A stretch of 64,000 bases of DNA. It comes from Felis catus. Its lineage: Eukaryota. Position numbers and translations under genes: made by a program. The stretch's first letter is position 1, and each line of letters begins with the position of its first letter. Of this stretch, positions 12,200 to 23,770 are shown piece by piece. The DNA is taken from the NCBI RefSeq assembly GCF_018350175.1, contig NC_058378.1:48608001-48672000 (forward strand), read 5' to 3'. The notes under the pieces are model-generated. The model did not search any database, was not told where the DNA came from, and was given only the letters and a program-made list of their open reading frames with translations.

Positions 12200-12819
12200 G
12201 ACGTCAAATAATAAGGGTTTGAGTGTTCTATTCCAAGATGATCTTCGTATTTATATTCCATAGCTGATTTGATTGACTTCAAAGAAAATGTAAAACCATC
12301 GTTGTGGTAGGTAACTACCTGTTCTCTTTCCTTTTTTAAAAGGGCTATATAATAACTCACTTGTAGAAGTATAATGTTTACTCGAGTGAATGGCCAACAA
12401 ATTTCTTCTCTCTTACCCTTGCTATAATTTTTTTTTTTTTTAGGATGAAAAAGTGGTTGTCGATTTTCATCAGATGATTTCAGCATCTCTATGACTTACG
12501 TTCGATTTGGTGCATCTTGATATTAACCTTTTGTTCTTGGTATATGTCATGCGTGGTCCTGGTGAATGACAAATGTCATGTATTGTAGGATTCGTGTCAT
12601 TTTGCTTTTCCGTTACGATGTTTTGCATCTACGGTAGACACTTGAAAATCACAAGCTGTGTCATATATTTCCACACTTCTGTACACAATACAGCTAAAAG
12701 GCACTTACAGACTCCCAGCACTTATGTCTCCATAATGTTAGTACGACTTCTCGGCTTTCTTATGAATTGTATATGAATTTCATAGCATTTGTTAGGAGCA
12801 CATTCTCGAATGAGGTCGC
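12200..12819 (-). mobile_element. decayed non-LTR retrotransposon RT fossil, 3' part (RTE-X/L4-like)
   Basis: minus-strand translation in RT order: LIRE, GVCKCLLAVL...KYMTQLV (12715 downward), ILQY+ATGACATT (12591-12572), KNYSKGK (12429), EQVVTYHNDGFTFS (12324-12283); contains stops and frameshifts. Confidence 0.5.
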
Positions 12820-13277
12820 TGTCCTTGTTTAAGCTCCCGACAGCAGGCTCTGAGTTGACGATTTGACTGTAGATAAGGTCTGGGACGTGATTCCTGGTAG
12901 CAGGGAAGGACCAGAGGAGGGAGATAGGGAGAGCTGAAAAATCAGGAAAGGGGGAATTAAGGCTTAGGGTATTATTGGTGTGGACAACCAGGGCTTAATC
13001 CGGCTGGGAGCCCTCTGAGACACAGGTAGAACATACCTGGGAAGGGTTCTGCAGAGAGGTGGAGAAGCATTGCTTGAGGGCTGTCCTGGGGGCACGAAAT
13101 CCAGCTTCTCTATTCTGTCTGCACTACCTGCGGGCACAGTGAGCACCCAGGACCTTGGCCCAGAGACCCCTGGAGAGAAACCTCACCGTTATGTGGGAGC
13201 CGCTTCATGAGCGGGAGCCACTGCCAGAGATGAGCCCAGGAGACGCGTAGCAGCATCAAATCAAATCATCTGCTACA
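12820..13277 (-). mobile_element. ERVL solo LTR (LTR33/LTR16-like)
   Basis: minus strand begins TGTAGCAGATG...CTCCTGGGCTCATCTCTG; the other end TGTCCTTGTTTAAGCTCCCGACAGCAGGCTCTGAGTTGACGATTTGA resembles the reverse complement of the LTR33 3' end. Confidence 0.7.
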
Positions 13278-13470
13278 CTAGCATTCCCAGGGTGGATTTT
13301 TCAAAGTTTAATTCCGCATTTTATGAGAGATCTTTGCATCAGTGGAAGTACTCATTAAATATTTCCCCGGTAGCTTCTGCCAAATTATCTACATACTGGA
13401 CGGTGAAGTGGTCCAGGTCAATGGTGCAAAAGAAAAGAAAATTGAGTGGAGAAAGTAACCAGTTCCTGGA
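13278..13470 (-). mobile_element. decayed non-LTR retrotransposon RT fossil, 5' part (RTE-X/L4-like)
   Basis: minus frame from 13470: SRNWLLSPLNFLFFCTIDLDHFTVQYVDNLAE; a 1-nt shift gives LSP-QFSF (cf. RT motif NNLLSPxQxGFRxGRSTIDHxFxL..LAE). Confidence 0.5.
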
Positions 13471-14349
13471 GTGCCTTCATTCCTAACATCCTGAAAGTTC
13501 TGCATGTGATCACAGGTTTCTTTAAAGCAGCTCCTGTTTTCCCCTGAGGCACATCTGGAGTCAGCCCTCCCTACGTGCCGTGGTCCTAACGCTGCCTACC
13601 CCGGACCCTCAACCAGTGCAGAGCCCCACCAGAATGGACATGCAGCTCTCCCCCGCCTGTCACTGACCCTGCCCCATCCCTGAACCTCACCTCCAGCGTA
13701 CGATGAGGTGTGGAATAGTATCAGGAAAGAAAATGTGGCTTCGGTAAGTTGCATTACTTGATAATGAAACTGGCTGCAGATTTAATAGTTGAGACTTTGG
13801 AGTCCTGCTGGGATGTCCTCAGTGTGTCAGGATACGTTCTCCCTGTCCTAGAAGCCCTTGGTACCTCTGGAAACTTAGAAGATGCTACCCAAACATCAAC
13901 TTTGGGTATGGATCCTCCCTGCTGTGGGTGCCCAGTGTCGCACCTGATCACATGATCCCAAGCAGGGGTCTTTGTGTGTGAGGCACTGGTCCCAGATTAT
14001 CCCTCTCTTGGTCCCACTTGCATAGAGCAATGCCCAACATGGAGAGCATCATGAAAAGAGTCCCTGGAATGTTAGTAATCTAGCCCACCTACATACCTGC
14101 ATGGCTCGTTCCCTCGCCTCTGGAGTGCTCGGTATCAACCTCTCAGGAAAGGCTTCACTGACCCCCTTTCCTAAAATAACAAACCCTACTCCAGACACTC
14201 CCTTACCTGATTCTCTGCAGTATTTCTTCAATAGCATTTATCGCTGTAGCACACTGTACATATTTTGCTCCCCTGTGGTCTGTCTGTCTGTCCTCTCTGG
14301 AACGTGAACTCTACTTGGTGGATTATTTTTTGCTAGTTATGGTCATTGG

Positions 14350-14354
14350 TGTGT

Positions 14355-14390
<36 letters not shown>
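14350..14390. repeat. (TG)n microsatellite
   Basis: direct reading. Confidence 0.95.
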
Positions 14391-14393
<3 letters not shown>

Positions 14394-14487
14394 ATTTAAA
14401 TCCAAGTTAGTTAACGTATAGTGTAATAATGATTTCAGGAATAGAATTGAGTGATTCATCACTTACATCCAACACCCAGGGCTCATC
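14352..14487 (-). mobile_element. extremely 5'-truncated carnivore L1 3' end with (CA)n tail
   Basis: CAAGTTAGTTAACGTATAGTGTAATAATGATTTCAGGAATAGAATTGAGTGATTCATCACTTACATCCAACACCCAG; 17-bp TSD 14335-14351 / 14488-14504 with 2 mismatches. Confidence 0.9.
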
Positions 14488-14677
14488 AGTTAGGGTCACT
14501 GGTGAAGTCCCAGTGTACAAGGCAGGGTTTGGAACATACAGACACTGCATAATTTTTGTAGAGTAAAGAAAAGGGCAAATAAGTGAATGAGTAAAAGCTT
14601 ACTGTCTCTAGACTGTGACCACCCACTTTTCTCAACGGACGCTCGGAGACGTGGCTAGTGAAAATGCCAGAAAACTC

Positions 14678-15609
14678 TGTGAGCCAAAGCAGCAAGTTGT
14701 ATGTAAGTTAGAATAGGGTTAAAGACCAATTAAATAATCACAGAATGTTAAACTCTTCTCTGGACCTAAGACAAAGGCTAGAAAAGATAAAACAATGAAC
14801 TCCCACCACAAAGAAATGAAACCCCGACAGACAGTGTTACGAAACCCGACCCTCTGGTGTGCCGGCTCAGTGCTCATCACAGGAAATCCTGCCTGAGAAG
14901 TCAAGGGGGCTCCTTCCTCCCCCGGAACACAGCAAGGGGTTGATGAGCTGACATGGTGCAGCTGAACCACGAGATTCAGCTCAAGAAGATTCTGGCTGGG
15001 CCGTCCAGGGTATATAGGACTTTGGGCAAAGATTGTTTGCCAGGTCCTTGTCTATACAATCGAAGGTGCAGAGGGAGGCCTGGGTTTGCTCAGCCTTTTC
15101 CACAACTCCTTGTCTGGAAACGCCACCCCTTTTCTGATGTTTTTCTGTCCAACTCCTTCTCTGGAAATGGACAATCCCACACCCCAGAAGCTGCCCTGTT
15201 GACTAGGATATCAGGGGGCTCCTATGGAGTCCACAGGCCCCCCCCAACTTCTCATAAGCTGGCTGAACTCAGATGTGCTCAAGATGTCTGCACAGCACAG
15301 CTTCCTCCAGTTACCTCCCAAGACAAAAGCATGGAAACCTAAATCAAATTAGCAAATTGATAACCATTGTCTGAATGAAATCTAAAAAATTGAATTTGCT
15401 GAACAGGACGCTTATAGGTGCAATCCGTATTCCTGGGCAAACCTGATAGCTCGTCAATACGTAGGCAGGAATGCTTTCTCCACTTTTTCTGTGTGTGGTT
15501 AGTCCTTCACTTAAACAAAAAAATTGTGTTTCCAGTTGCTCTAGAGTGAAATTTTAGAAAGAGAGTTCCAGAATTTAGGGTTGAGGCCAAACCTCACCAT
15601 TTCCTAACA
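14678..15609 (+). mobile_element. possible old ERV1-class solo LTR
   Basis: TG...CA bounded segment of about 930 bp ending GGCCAAACCTCACCATTTCCTAACA; no TSD found, family uncertain. Confidence 0.35.
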
Positions 15610-15679
15610 GTCTTGCCATTTCTTCCTAGGAATCGCGGATATTTGCAGAACTCTCCCTTGTTCAGGAAGGCATCCTGCT

Positions 15680-15845
15680 TCACATCAATTTCCTTCTCTC
15701 ACAATCCTGGGAGGAAGGGAGGAACTCGGGCAGAGATTCATATTCTTAGGTGAAAGAATCCCTTTTTACAAGGAAAAAAAAAAAAAAAAACAAAAACCGC
15801 TTAAGTCTCAGAGTGATAAGTGACTGGCCTGGAGCCACCCAGCAC
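15680..15845 (-). mobile_element. MIR fragment with A-run expansion
   Basis: CTCACAATCCTGGGAGG...TTTTACAAGGAAAAA...GTCTCAGAGTGATAAGTGACTGGCCTGGAGCCACCCAGC. Confidence 0.6.
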
Positions 15846-17402
15846 AAACTCCCATTCCATTATTCAAGTGACCCCACGGATATAGCCCACCCCGGTCCTA
15901 GCACCTGTGGGTGCCCCACCTGGCCCTCCTCAAACTGTCCCCAGACCTCTTGGTTCCCTGTATCCTTGCAACCACATCGTCTTGCATTTGTGTCTTTGTT
16001 CATAAGTCTGTAACTGATTCTGAAAGTAGGCCAGGGTACACATGCAGACGAGAAAAGTGGGAGGACAAAGCAGCTATGGGGAGCACCTCCCTGTGCAGCA
16101 ACGAAATGAGGGTGTGGACTCCAGATGCTGCTGGCTTCAAGGCTCCAGCGAAATCAACTCCAATTCATATTTTTTTTGGCCTCTGAAAAACAAAAGGCAT
16201 TAATAAATGAGAATTTCTGAAGTTTTCCAAATCACGGAAGGCAAGTTCAAGGTTGTCTGGCCACCTGCCTTCTTATAGCACAGACATAGGGAGACACTCC
16301 ACGGTGTCACCACCCTGAGAAGCAGTTAACAGAACCCTTCTAGTCCTTGCCAAGTTGAGGTGAACATCCTCCCTCCAGAAAGCAAGCCAGTCACTCAGCG
16401 CTTCTAGAAGATTCCCTGGTGACAAAAAGTACCATGGTCGGTGGGACCAGGTGGAGGAAGGCCCAGAATCTGGACTTGATCCCGCAAGCAGGACGGGGCC
16501 AGGGATCACCGGGGAGGTTCAAGGTCCTAGGTCTGAGAATGTCAGAACACACATGCCTCCGTGATGATTATGAAGCCCATCTCTGAATGGTGAGGCTCAC
16601 AGTGCTGGTTCTCTGCTCAGAAATCTGCAGGCAGCCCCCAGAGCCTGCATAAGCACTGCCAAGGCCCCCCTGGAAGTCTTGCTCGCACATGTCACCTGCA
16701 TGCGTGGAGAGGAGGTGTCTCCCACCCATGACTGCGCTGGAGTCTGTCCTCACAGGCCCATCACCCGATGCCCATGGAGAGGGTCTCTTGTCGAGTGTCC
16801 CTCCTCCTCCTGGCCTGATGCTCCAGGATCTCAGCCTTGCTATGGATGAGCCCACGCCCAGCCCTCTCCCCTGCAGGGGACCTGAGCAGGAGCACTACCG
16901 GTCAACAGGCCTGGGTGGTGCCGTGGTCCAGCGAGGGGTTTTGGGTCCCCTCAATGGTTCTGATCTTGCTTCGCTCTACTCCTCACGCTCTAGGCAGACG
17001 TTAGCAAAGATCCTGGCAGGGCGCACACTTCTATTTGCAGCCCTCACATGTGGTCCTCAGAACTGGCATGGACACAGGCCTTCAGGCAGGGGGTTGGGCT
17101 ACTTCTCGTGAGGGCAGGCCCCAGGGGCCTCGAGCGGCTTGTTACCAGAGCACAGGATTTCTAGATCCTACTAATGAGCCAAGCTTGTGCTTGATATTGT
17201 GGGGGCTGTAAAAACCGAACAGATCTCCACAGTCCCTGGCCACCGTCCCCAACGTGGGACTCCAGGACAGCCACTGATCACAGACCTACATGCCCCGCTG
17301 GCCTGTCAGCATCATGTACAGAGGGTGCAGGGACAGTTGCAAAGTGACAGGCTCTGATGCCAGACGGGATCGTGCTTGCTCCTCCATCTCTCCCTCCCCC
17401 TC

Positions 17403-17545
17403 TGGCCCCATGATCTGGAGCAAGCCACCAAAACCCCAGCTGAGCGTCAGTTTCCTAACCCACATGGACCTCATAAGGCAGTTCTGGAAATTAAAGGAAC
17501 TGTCTGTATAAATAACGTGCCCGCCCAGGGTCTGGCACAGCATGT
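17403..17545 (+). mobile_element. MIR fragment
   Basis: CTGAGCGTCAGTTTCCTAACC...CCTCATAAGGCAGTTCTGGAAATTAAAGG...TCTGGCACAG. Confidence 0.65.
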
Positions 17546-18894
17546 GTGGACCTCAGAAGACAGCTGTTCTACTGCTACGGTCCTTGTTGCGGCTGCACGT
17601 GGGCATGACCCTCCCACAGCAAACACAGATTTCCAGACGCCATGGGCCAGGCCCGCTCCACCTCCCTCCTCGGCTGTGCCGCACAAGCAGAGGCATCTCG
17701 GGGGGTGCTAAGGTGCCCACTCCTCAGCTCCCTGGCTGTGGATGGCCAGGGTTCACGGCTCTACGTGTTGAAAGCAACTGTCTGTCCCGAGGTCATGCAC
17801 TCTCTTCGAGGCCATCCTGCCTCCACTGCCTGGTTGGAGGGTGAGAGGAACTAGGGTCCAGCCCCCGTGCCTCAATGTGGGGCAACTTTCAAAGGCCATA
17901 GGGGCTCCCGTGCTCCCTGTGGGCTCAGCAATCCCCTGTTGCATCAGTTTATACCTCTGCCCAGCCTACCTTCTCTCACTCCCAAGCTATTCCCGAAACC
18001 TTGTTGGACACACATGTCCTTCCCAGCTCTGCGTCCAGTCCCTGACGCCATGCTGCAGGCTAGAGCCCCAGAACTTACCTTATAACCGACAGCTTGTACC
18101 TTTGACCAATATCTCCTCATCTCCTGGTCTAGGACAAGCAACTTTTCATTAAAATCTGTCTAGAACCGCAAGACGGAACAGAGTTTTTGATCTACAGGGA
18201 AGGAAACCAAAAGGACAGGATGAGAACGAAGTCTTGTCTTCTCTCCAGTCTAAAAAATGATAAGCGTCATACTCAAGAGCTTGCTGTGTCCCCTCCAGTC
18301 ATGGCCTTGGAACAGACATCAGGGTCCCTTGGGGCAAGTCTATTAAACTGGACGGTTCCATGTGCAACCTCGGTACCGTCACGCAGAAAAACACCCTGGT
18401 GGTCCTCCCTTTCTTCTCCCCCAACCTCTCCCCTAAGCATGACATCTCTAGATGGCTGAAGGAGAATCACCCGATGCTGTGTGTTTCCCCCCATCCCAGG
18501 TACCTGAGAGAGCATCGATCCTCCTGGAAACCATCATCCTGGAGTCAGAGTGATAAGCTGGATTTGACGTTTCCATTGAAAGATGTGCATCTGTGAATCC
18601 AGGAGCTGCCTTGAAGAGCCGCTGTCTTGCACAACCCCATGGATACCTCAGAATGGCTTCTCTATGTGGCACAGCTCTTCAAGGCCTCTTGGTCCCTTTC
18701 CCTGGATGTCCATGGCAAGACAGCCATCAAAGCTGGTAACTACTGAGCGTCAGATAGCGCAGCAGGGCGGGAGCATCAGAAAAGCATGTGGCTGGGGGTT
18801 CTGGGTCCTCTGAGATGGAGCAGCGGGACTAGGGATGGGAGCAGAGGCACCTGGAAGCCTGGGGATGAAGGCGGCACCAAGAGCGTGAACTCTA

Positions 18895-19122
18895 GAGGCA
18901 TCTCGGTGGCTCAGTTAGTTAAGAGTCGGACTCTTGATTTCAGCTCAGGTCATGAGCTCACGGGTTCGTGAGTTTGAGCCCTGTGTCGGGCTCTGTGCAG
19001 GCAGCTTGGAGCCTGCTTGAGATTCTCTCTCTCCCTCTCGCCCTCTGCCCCTTCTCCACTTGTGCTGTCTCTGTCTCCCTCACAATAAATAAATGAATAA
19101 CCTTCTTTAAAAAAAAAAAAAA
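18895..19122 (+). mobile_element. carnivore SINE
   Basis: GGTGGCTCAGTTAGTTAAG A-box, (CT)n, AATAAA, poly-A; TSD GTGAACTCTA / GTGAACGCTA. Confidence 0.95.
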
Positions 19123-19689
19123 GGTGAACGCTATCCCGTTTGCCAAGCACCCGAGACTTTTAAAAAGAGAATGTTCCTGATCACATCTCCTGTTCAGAAA
19201 GACCGTCTAGAGTGCAGGTGGACAGAAGTGATGAGCTGGGGGGTGGGGGAAGAGGGAGACCAGAGGCACATATCCGCTTATGAGTCTGGTGCAACAGATC
19301 AAGGGACATGCACTAGGCACCGCTGATTACTTCCTCCTCATTTAGACAGAGTCGCACATCAACCTACCCTTTAACAGTGTGTTTACCCTGAGGAGGTCGG
19401 CACCCTCTCCCCTCTCCACTTTGGAGGCTGCTTGGTGGAGATATGGGTGATGTGAAAAATGTACGTTTGCTGAACATCTTAGAGGATGATATGATGTGTC
19501 TCTTGGTGGTATGACCAGAGTCTCCACATAGAAGCCAGGTCTGGAGGATATTCTTTTTCTAGGTAGTACGTGGTTTCTTAGAGACCAGAAACCAATGCTA
19601 CTTGAAAGGCCACACTTCTGCCAATCTTCCCAGCGCAGAGACCTGTCACGGTGATGTTTCTTCTCCTCCTTGAATTGGAGCTGGTTCCC

Positions 19690-20200
19690 TGAATCAAGAT
19701 TATTTCATTTACAAGTGACAGGATCTTAAATCAAAATGATAATCACAAAAGGAACATACAGTCTCCTATAACATAGAAGATTAGGCTTCAGGCATAGCTG
19801 GATCCAGGCACTCAAACAGTCATCATGAATCTGTCTCTCAATTCTCCTTTCACTCTCTCTGATTCTAGAATCATAGCTTCAGATTACATCCAACTGATTT
19901 AGCAACAATAGCCAATGAAAACTTCTCTTCTAAGAATTCTCGCAAAAATGCCATGTTCCATCTCATTCCATCAGTATAATCATGACTCCATTCCTAAATA
20001 AGTCAGTGTGGTCAGAGGGATGAACGATACTGATTAGTTACTCCTGGAGGTAGGGGACAGGTAGGAGGGGAGGGGAGGGAGGCAAGAAGCCCATGTGGAT
20101 AGATATTAGGATAAAAAATACTTCCTCAAAGGAAAACCAAGATGCTATTAGCAAAAGGGAAGATAATGAACTCTAGGCAAGTGAAATAAATGGCTACCAT
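19690..20200 (-). mobile_element. MLT1 (MaLR) solo LTR, old subfamily
   Basis: TTACAAGTGACAGG and GGCTTCAGGCATAGCTGGATCCAGGCACTCAAAC are characteristic of antisense MLT1K/L-like LTRs. Confidence 0.7.
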
Positions 20201-21739
20201 ATGCATCCCGGGATTTCCTATCCCTTCACAGACTGAGGGAGTTTTGAATCTTGGGCTCTTTTAACACCCTGCTCTTTCCATTGAGCCAAAACTTAATCTC
20301 TTTCTTCTTTATCACTTTGCTTCCAGCTCCTAATGGCATTTATTAAACTTTGGACTTATCTTAGGCAAATATAATTCACGGGACCGTGAACTACTTTGGA
20401 GCTTGAATCCCATCTTATTTGCTTCTCACTCCCCATTTTCCATGATACGGTAGCCTTTCACACAGATATGCTGGATTAAATATTAGATTTATAATGTATC
20501 TCTGCTACCAATATGCCTTGTTTTGATAAATAGAGGGGAAAAAAGGGCATTCTTTCCTGCATCCACACCCACTCTCCTGCCTCAGTCCATTTAGGTGCAT
20601 AAGCAGGGAAGCCATGCTAGTCAACCAAAACCTCAAGATACAGTTGGATCTTAACAGCCATTCACATTTGAGATGACAGACATATATGCCGAGGCTTCTG
20701 ACATGATCCCCAAAGTTGCGTCCACCATGGGCCCTGTGGTTCATATTCTTTCTGCAAAGCTTTATGTCTCGCCAAAGGATCTTTCTCTTCTCCCCTGTGA
20801 TGGTGAGTCCAGAGCCCAAAGAGGAGCTGGTGCGTTGATGAGCCCCCATCAAGGCCATTTACTATTTATATGTCTTGCTCCCATGGGACAGCATCTCCAT
20901 GCACCAGACTGGAAATGACAAAACTATTATGTACCATGGAACTTGGGGTCACTTGGGAATGGTAGCATAGATGCTAAATTCACTTAAGCCAAGGTCTACA
21001 CACCAAGAGTTCCTGACAGCTAATGAATGGCATGTGAACCTAAGCCATGACTCCAATTAAGGGGACCAGATCACTCTGAGGTTACCTTTAGGGACAGGAA
21101 GTGACCCGGCAGAGAGATCTCAAACGTGCCATGGAAGTTCCCAAAGGAGTTGATTTCTCTGAAAGCAACAGAACTGTCATTGCAAGACTCTCCTCTTCTG
21201 TCTTCGGTCTTCACCTGGGAAGAGTCTTCCCTTAGCCTGGCAGTCCCACAGAGGGCTTGGCCAAGCCTGAGAGTGGAACGCAAGCTGCCTTTCAACAGCA
21301 AGTTCTCCTGTGGGGTCTGGGACAACCGTGGTCTCACACTGTAGCCACTTCTGCTGCTATAGTTTCGAGAAGGCCTCACCCAGGCCTCGATTCTGAATTC
21401 CAGCTCAGCTACCCCCACAGAGCTCCTAGAGAGGCTTGTCATAAAATAGTAAGCAATCAGGCATTTCCTGAACGTTTGTCCCAAGCGCTGTGCTTTTTAC
21501 AAGGGAGGAATGTGTGTTCAGAGCTCTCGATTGCCTAAGAATCCTGCAAATGTGGTTTGACCAAGCCAGTGTTCTTGGTATATGACAAATTAAGGGAGGA
21601 AATTTCCTGCCATCGTTGGCCTGGTTCAGGCATTCATCATTTCTTCTTGGACAATCAGAGATTTTTCTAGTAGTTCCTCCGTTCTAAATCTTACTCTGCC
21701 CCAATCTTTCTTTTCCTCATCTTTCTGGAATCATGACTG

Positions 21740-21950
21740 TATTAACAATAACCGATGTGTCAGGCACTTCAGTGAACGCCTTAGGCCAATGATCTCATTT
21801 ATTCCCCCCAAAGATCCTACAAAGTAGATCGTACTGTTCTCCCTATTTCACGGATAAGAAACATTCCTAGAGAGGCTTCCACAATACCCTGGGTGACCCT
21901 GAGTGAGCAAACAGGCTGATATTGAATACAGACCGAACTGACCCCAGACC
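21740..21950 (-). mobile_element. MIR
   Basis: ATGTGTCAGGCACT...ATCTCATTTATTCC...CCCTATTTCACGGATAAGAAAC. Confidence 0.75.
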
Positions 21951-22656
21951 CCCACCTCTCATTTCCAAAACTCAAATCTAACCTTGTTAACGCCCTGCTT
22001 AAAGGATGGGGTAGACCCGTCTCTCTGCTCTTTCCTGCCAAATACGACTATAAGCCCTAGACATCGACACAAGAGGAAAGGATGTTCACCATCAGTAGCC
22101 GTTAGAAAAACGCAAATAAAAGCAAAAGCGAGATATGACTACATGCCTAGCGTAACGGTAGAAAAAAAGTAATGACGTCACCTAATGCTGGTAAGAGTGC
22201 AGAGAAACTGGTTCACTCATTCCTTGTTGGCAGGAATGGAAAATGCGCAGCCACTCAGGTAGGGAGTGTGAAAGTTTCTTACAAGCTAAACATGCAGCTA
22301 CTACACAACCCAGCAATTGCGCTCTTGGGCATTTATCCCAGAAAAATGAGAAGCTAAGTGCATGTAAAAACCTATATGTGAATGTTCATAGCAGTTTTAT
22401 TCATAAGAGCCCAAACTGGAAACAGCCCAGATGACCCCCTCTTATGAGGAATGGTTAAACAAACGGCGGTTCACCCATATCATGTGTATTAGCAGGGGTC
22501 TCCGGAGATAATAGTATATAGACAATAATATATAATAATATAATACAAGAATATAGTGTATATAGTATATGTATTTTTAATATATGTAATAATATATAAT
22601 CTATAACAATACATATATGTATATATGTAAAGAGAAAGAGAGAGAAAAATTATTAG

Positions 22657-22873
22657 TTTTTAAAAAAATTTTTTATTGTTTATTTTTGACAGAGAGAGAG
22701 ACAGAGAGAGCACAAGGGAGAGGGGCAGAGAGAGGGAGACGCAGAATCCAAAGCAGGCTCCAGGCTCTGAGCTGTCAGAGCAGATCCTGACATGGGGCTC
22801 GAACCCACGGACAGCAAGATCATGACCTGAGCTGAAGCCGAGTGCTTAACCAACTGAGCCACCTGGGCGATGT
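22657..22873 (-). mobile_element. felid-type SINEC inside MLT2
   Basis: TSD GAGAAAAATTATTAG 22642-22656 / GAGAAAAATTACTAG 22874-22888. Confidence 0.95.
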
Positions 22874-23158
22874 GAGAAAAATTACTAGAAGGAATTGGCC
22901 CATGCGATTATGGAGGCTGGCAAGTCCCAAGATCTGCAGAGAATGTCAGCGAACTGGAAAGCCAGGAGAGCTGATGATTGAGCTCCAAGTCCCTCAAAAT
23001 CAGGGGATCTGATGTTGCAATCCCAGTTCAAAAATCAGTGGGCTCTAGACCCAGGAAGAGCTAATGTGTTGCAGTTTAAGTCCAAAAGCAGGGGAAAAGC
23101 CTTTGTATGAAGGCCTTCAGGCAGAGGATTTCTCTCTTACTTGGGGAAGAGTCAGCCT

Positions 23159-23296
23159 NNNNNNNNNNNNNNNNNNNNNNNNNNNNNNNNNNNNNNNNNN
23201 NNNNNNNNNNNNNNNNNNNNNNNNNNNNNNNNNNNNNNNNNNNNNNNNNNNNNNNNNNNNNNNNNNNNNNNNNNNNNNNNNNNNNNNNNNNNNNNN
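23159..23296. other. assembly gap (138 N)
   Basis: run of N. Confidence 1.
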
Positions 23297-23538
23297 AGAT
23301 ATTTGGGCACCCCAGAGCCCAGTCACGTTGACACCGAAAGGGAACCATCACACCATAGGAGACTACTCAGCAGTGAAAAGGAAAGAACTATTAACACATA
23401 ATAGCTTAGGTGAAGCTCGAGGAAATTATGCTGAGTGACACAAAAAACGATCACCAAAGATTATATACTGTATGATTCCAGTCACATGACATTCGTAAAG
23501 TAAACCAGACAGATGTAGAACAGATGAGTGGTTGCCAG

Positions 23539-23770
23539 GGGTTAAGATCAATTGGCACAGATCAATTGGTTAAGATCAATTGGGACAAGAGAGAATGGGG
23601 GTAGTTATACAAGGGTTAAGATCAATTGGGACAATTGACCAATTGGTTAAGATCAATCGGGACAAGAGAGAATGGGGGTAGTTATACAAGGGTTAAGATC
23701 AATTGGGACAATTGACCAATTGGTTAAGATCAATTGGGACAAGAGAGAATGGGGATAGTTATACAAGGGT
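23539..23770. repeat. 77-bp x3 minisatellite rich in CAATTG palindromes
   Basis: units start at 23539, 23613 and 23690 (partial fourth at 23767); each unit holds two GGTTAAGATCAATTGG(GACAA) sub-repeats. Confidence 0.95.

Larger units (their letters stand above)
14095..14575 (+). mobile_element. L2 3'-end fragment interrupted by a short L1
   Basis: CTCTCAGGAAAGGCTTCACTGACCCCCTTTCCTAAAATA...TCAATAGCATTTATC...; resumes after 14504 with CCCAGTGTACAAGGCAGGGTTTGGAACATA. Confidence 0.7.
22485..23352 (-). mobile_element. MLT2-family ERVL LTR inserted in L1MC (contains a SINE, (TA)n and the assembly gap)
   Basis: TGTATTAGCAGGGGTCTCC ... AGGAATTGGCCCATGCGATTATGGAGGCTGGCAAGTCCCAAGATCTGCAG ... AACCATCACA; degenerate 5-bp TSD TCATG / CCATA. 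Confidence 0.88.

Noticed and set aside
13292-13330. Plus-strand VDFSKFNS resembling the RT motif VDFSKAFDS
   Set aside because: An isolated motif on the strand opposite the six collinear minus-strand motifs; treated as coincidence, though it is a caution about by-eye motif matching.
23064-23438. ORFs spanning the N run
   Set aside because: Open only because N codons are translated as X.
23539-23770. Repeat-and-spacer look of the palindromic array (CRISPR-like)
   Set aside because: The intervening segments are themselves repeated rather than unique spacers; it lies in a mammalian L1 3' UTR and there are no cas genes.
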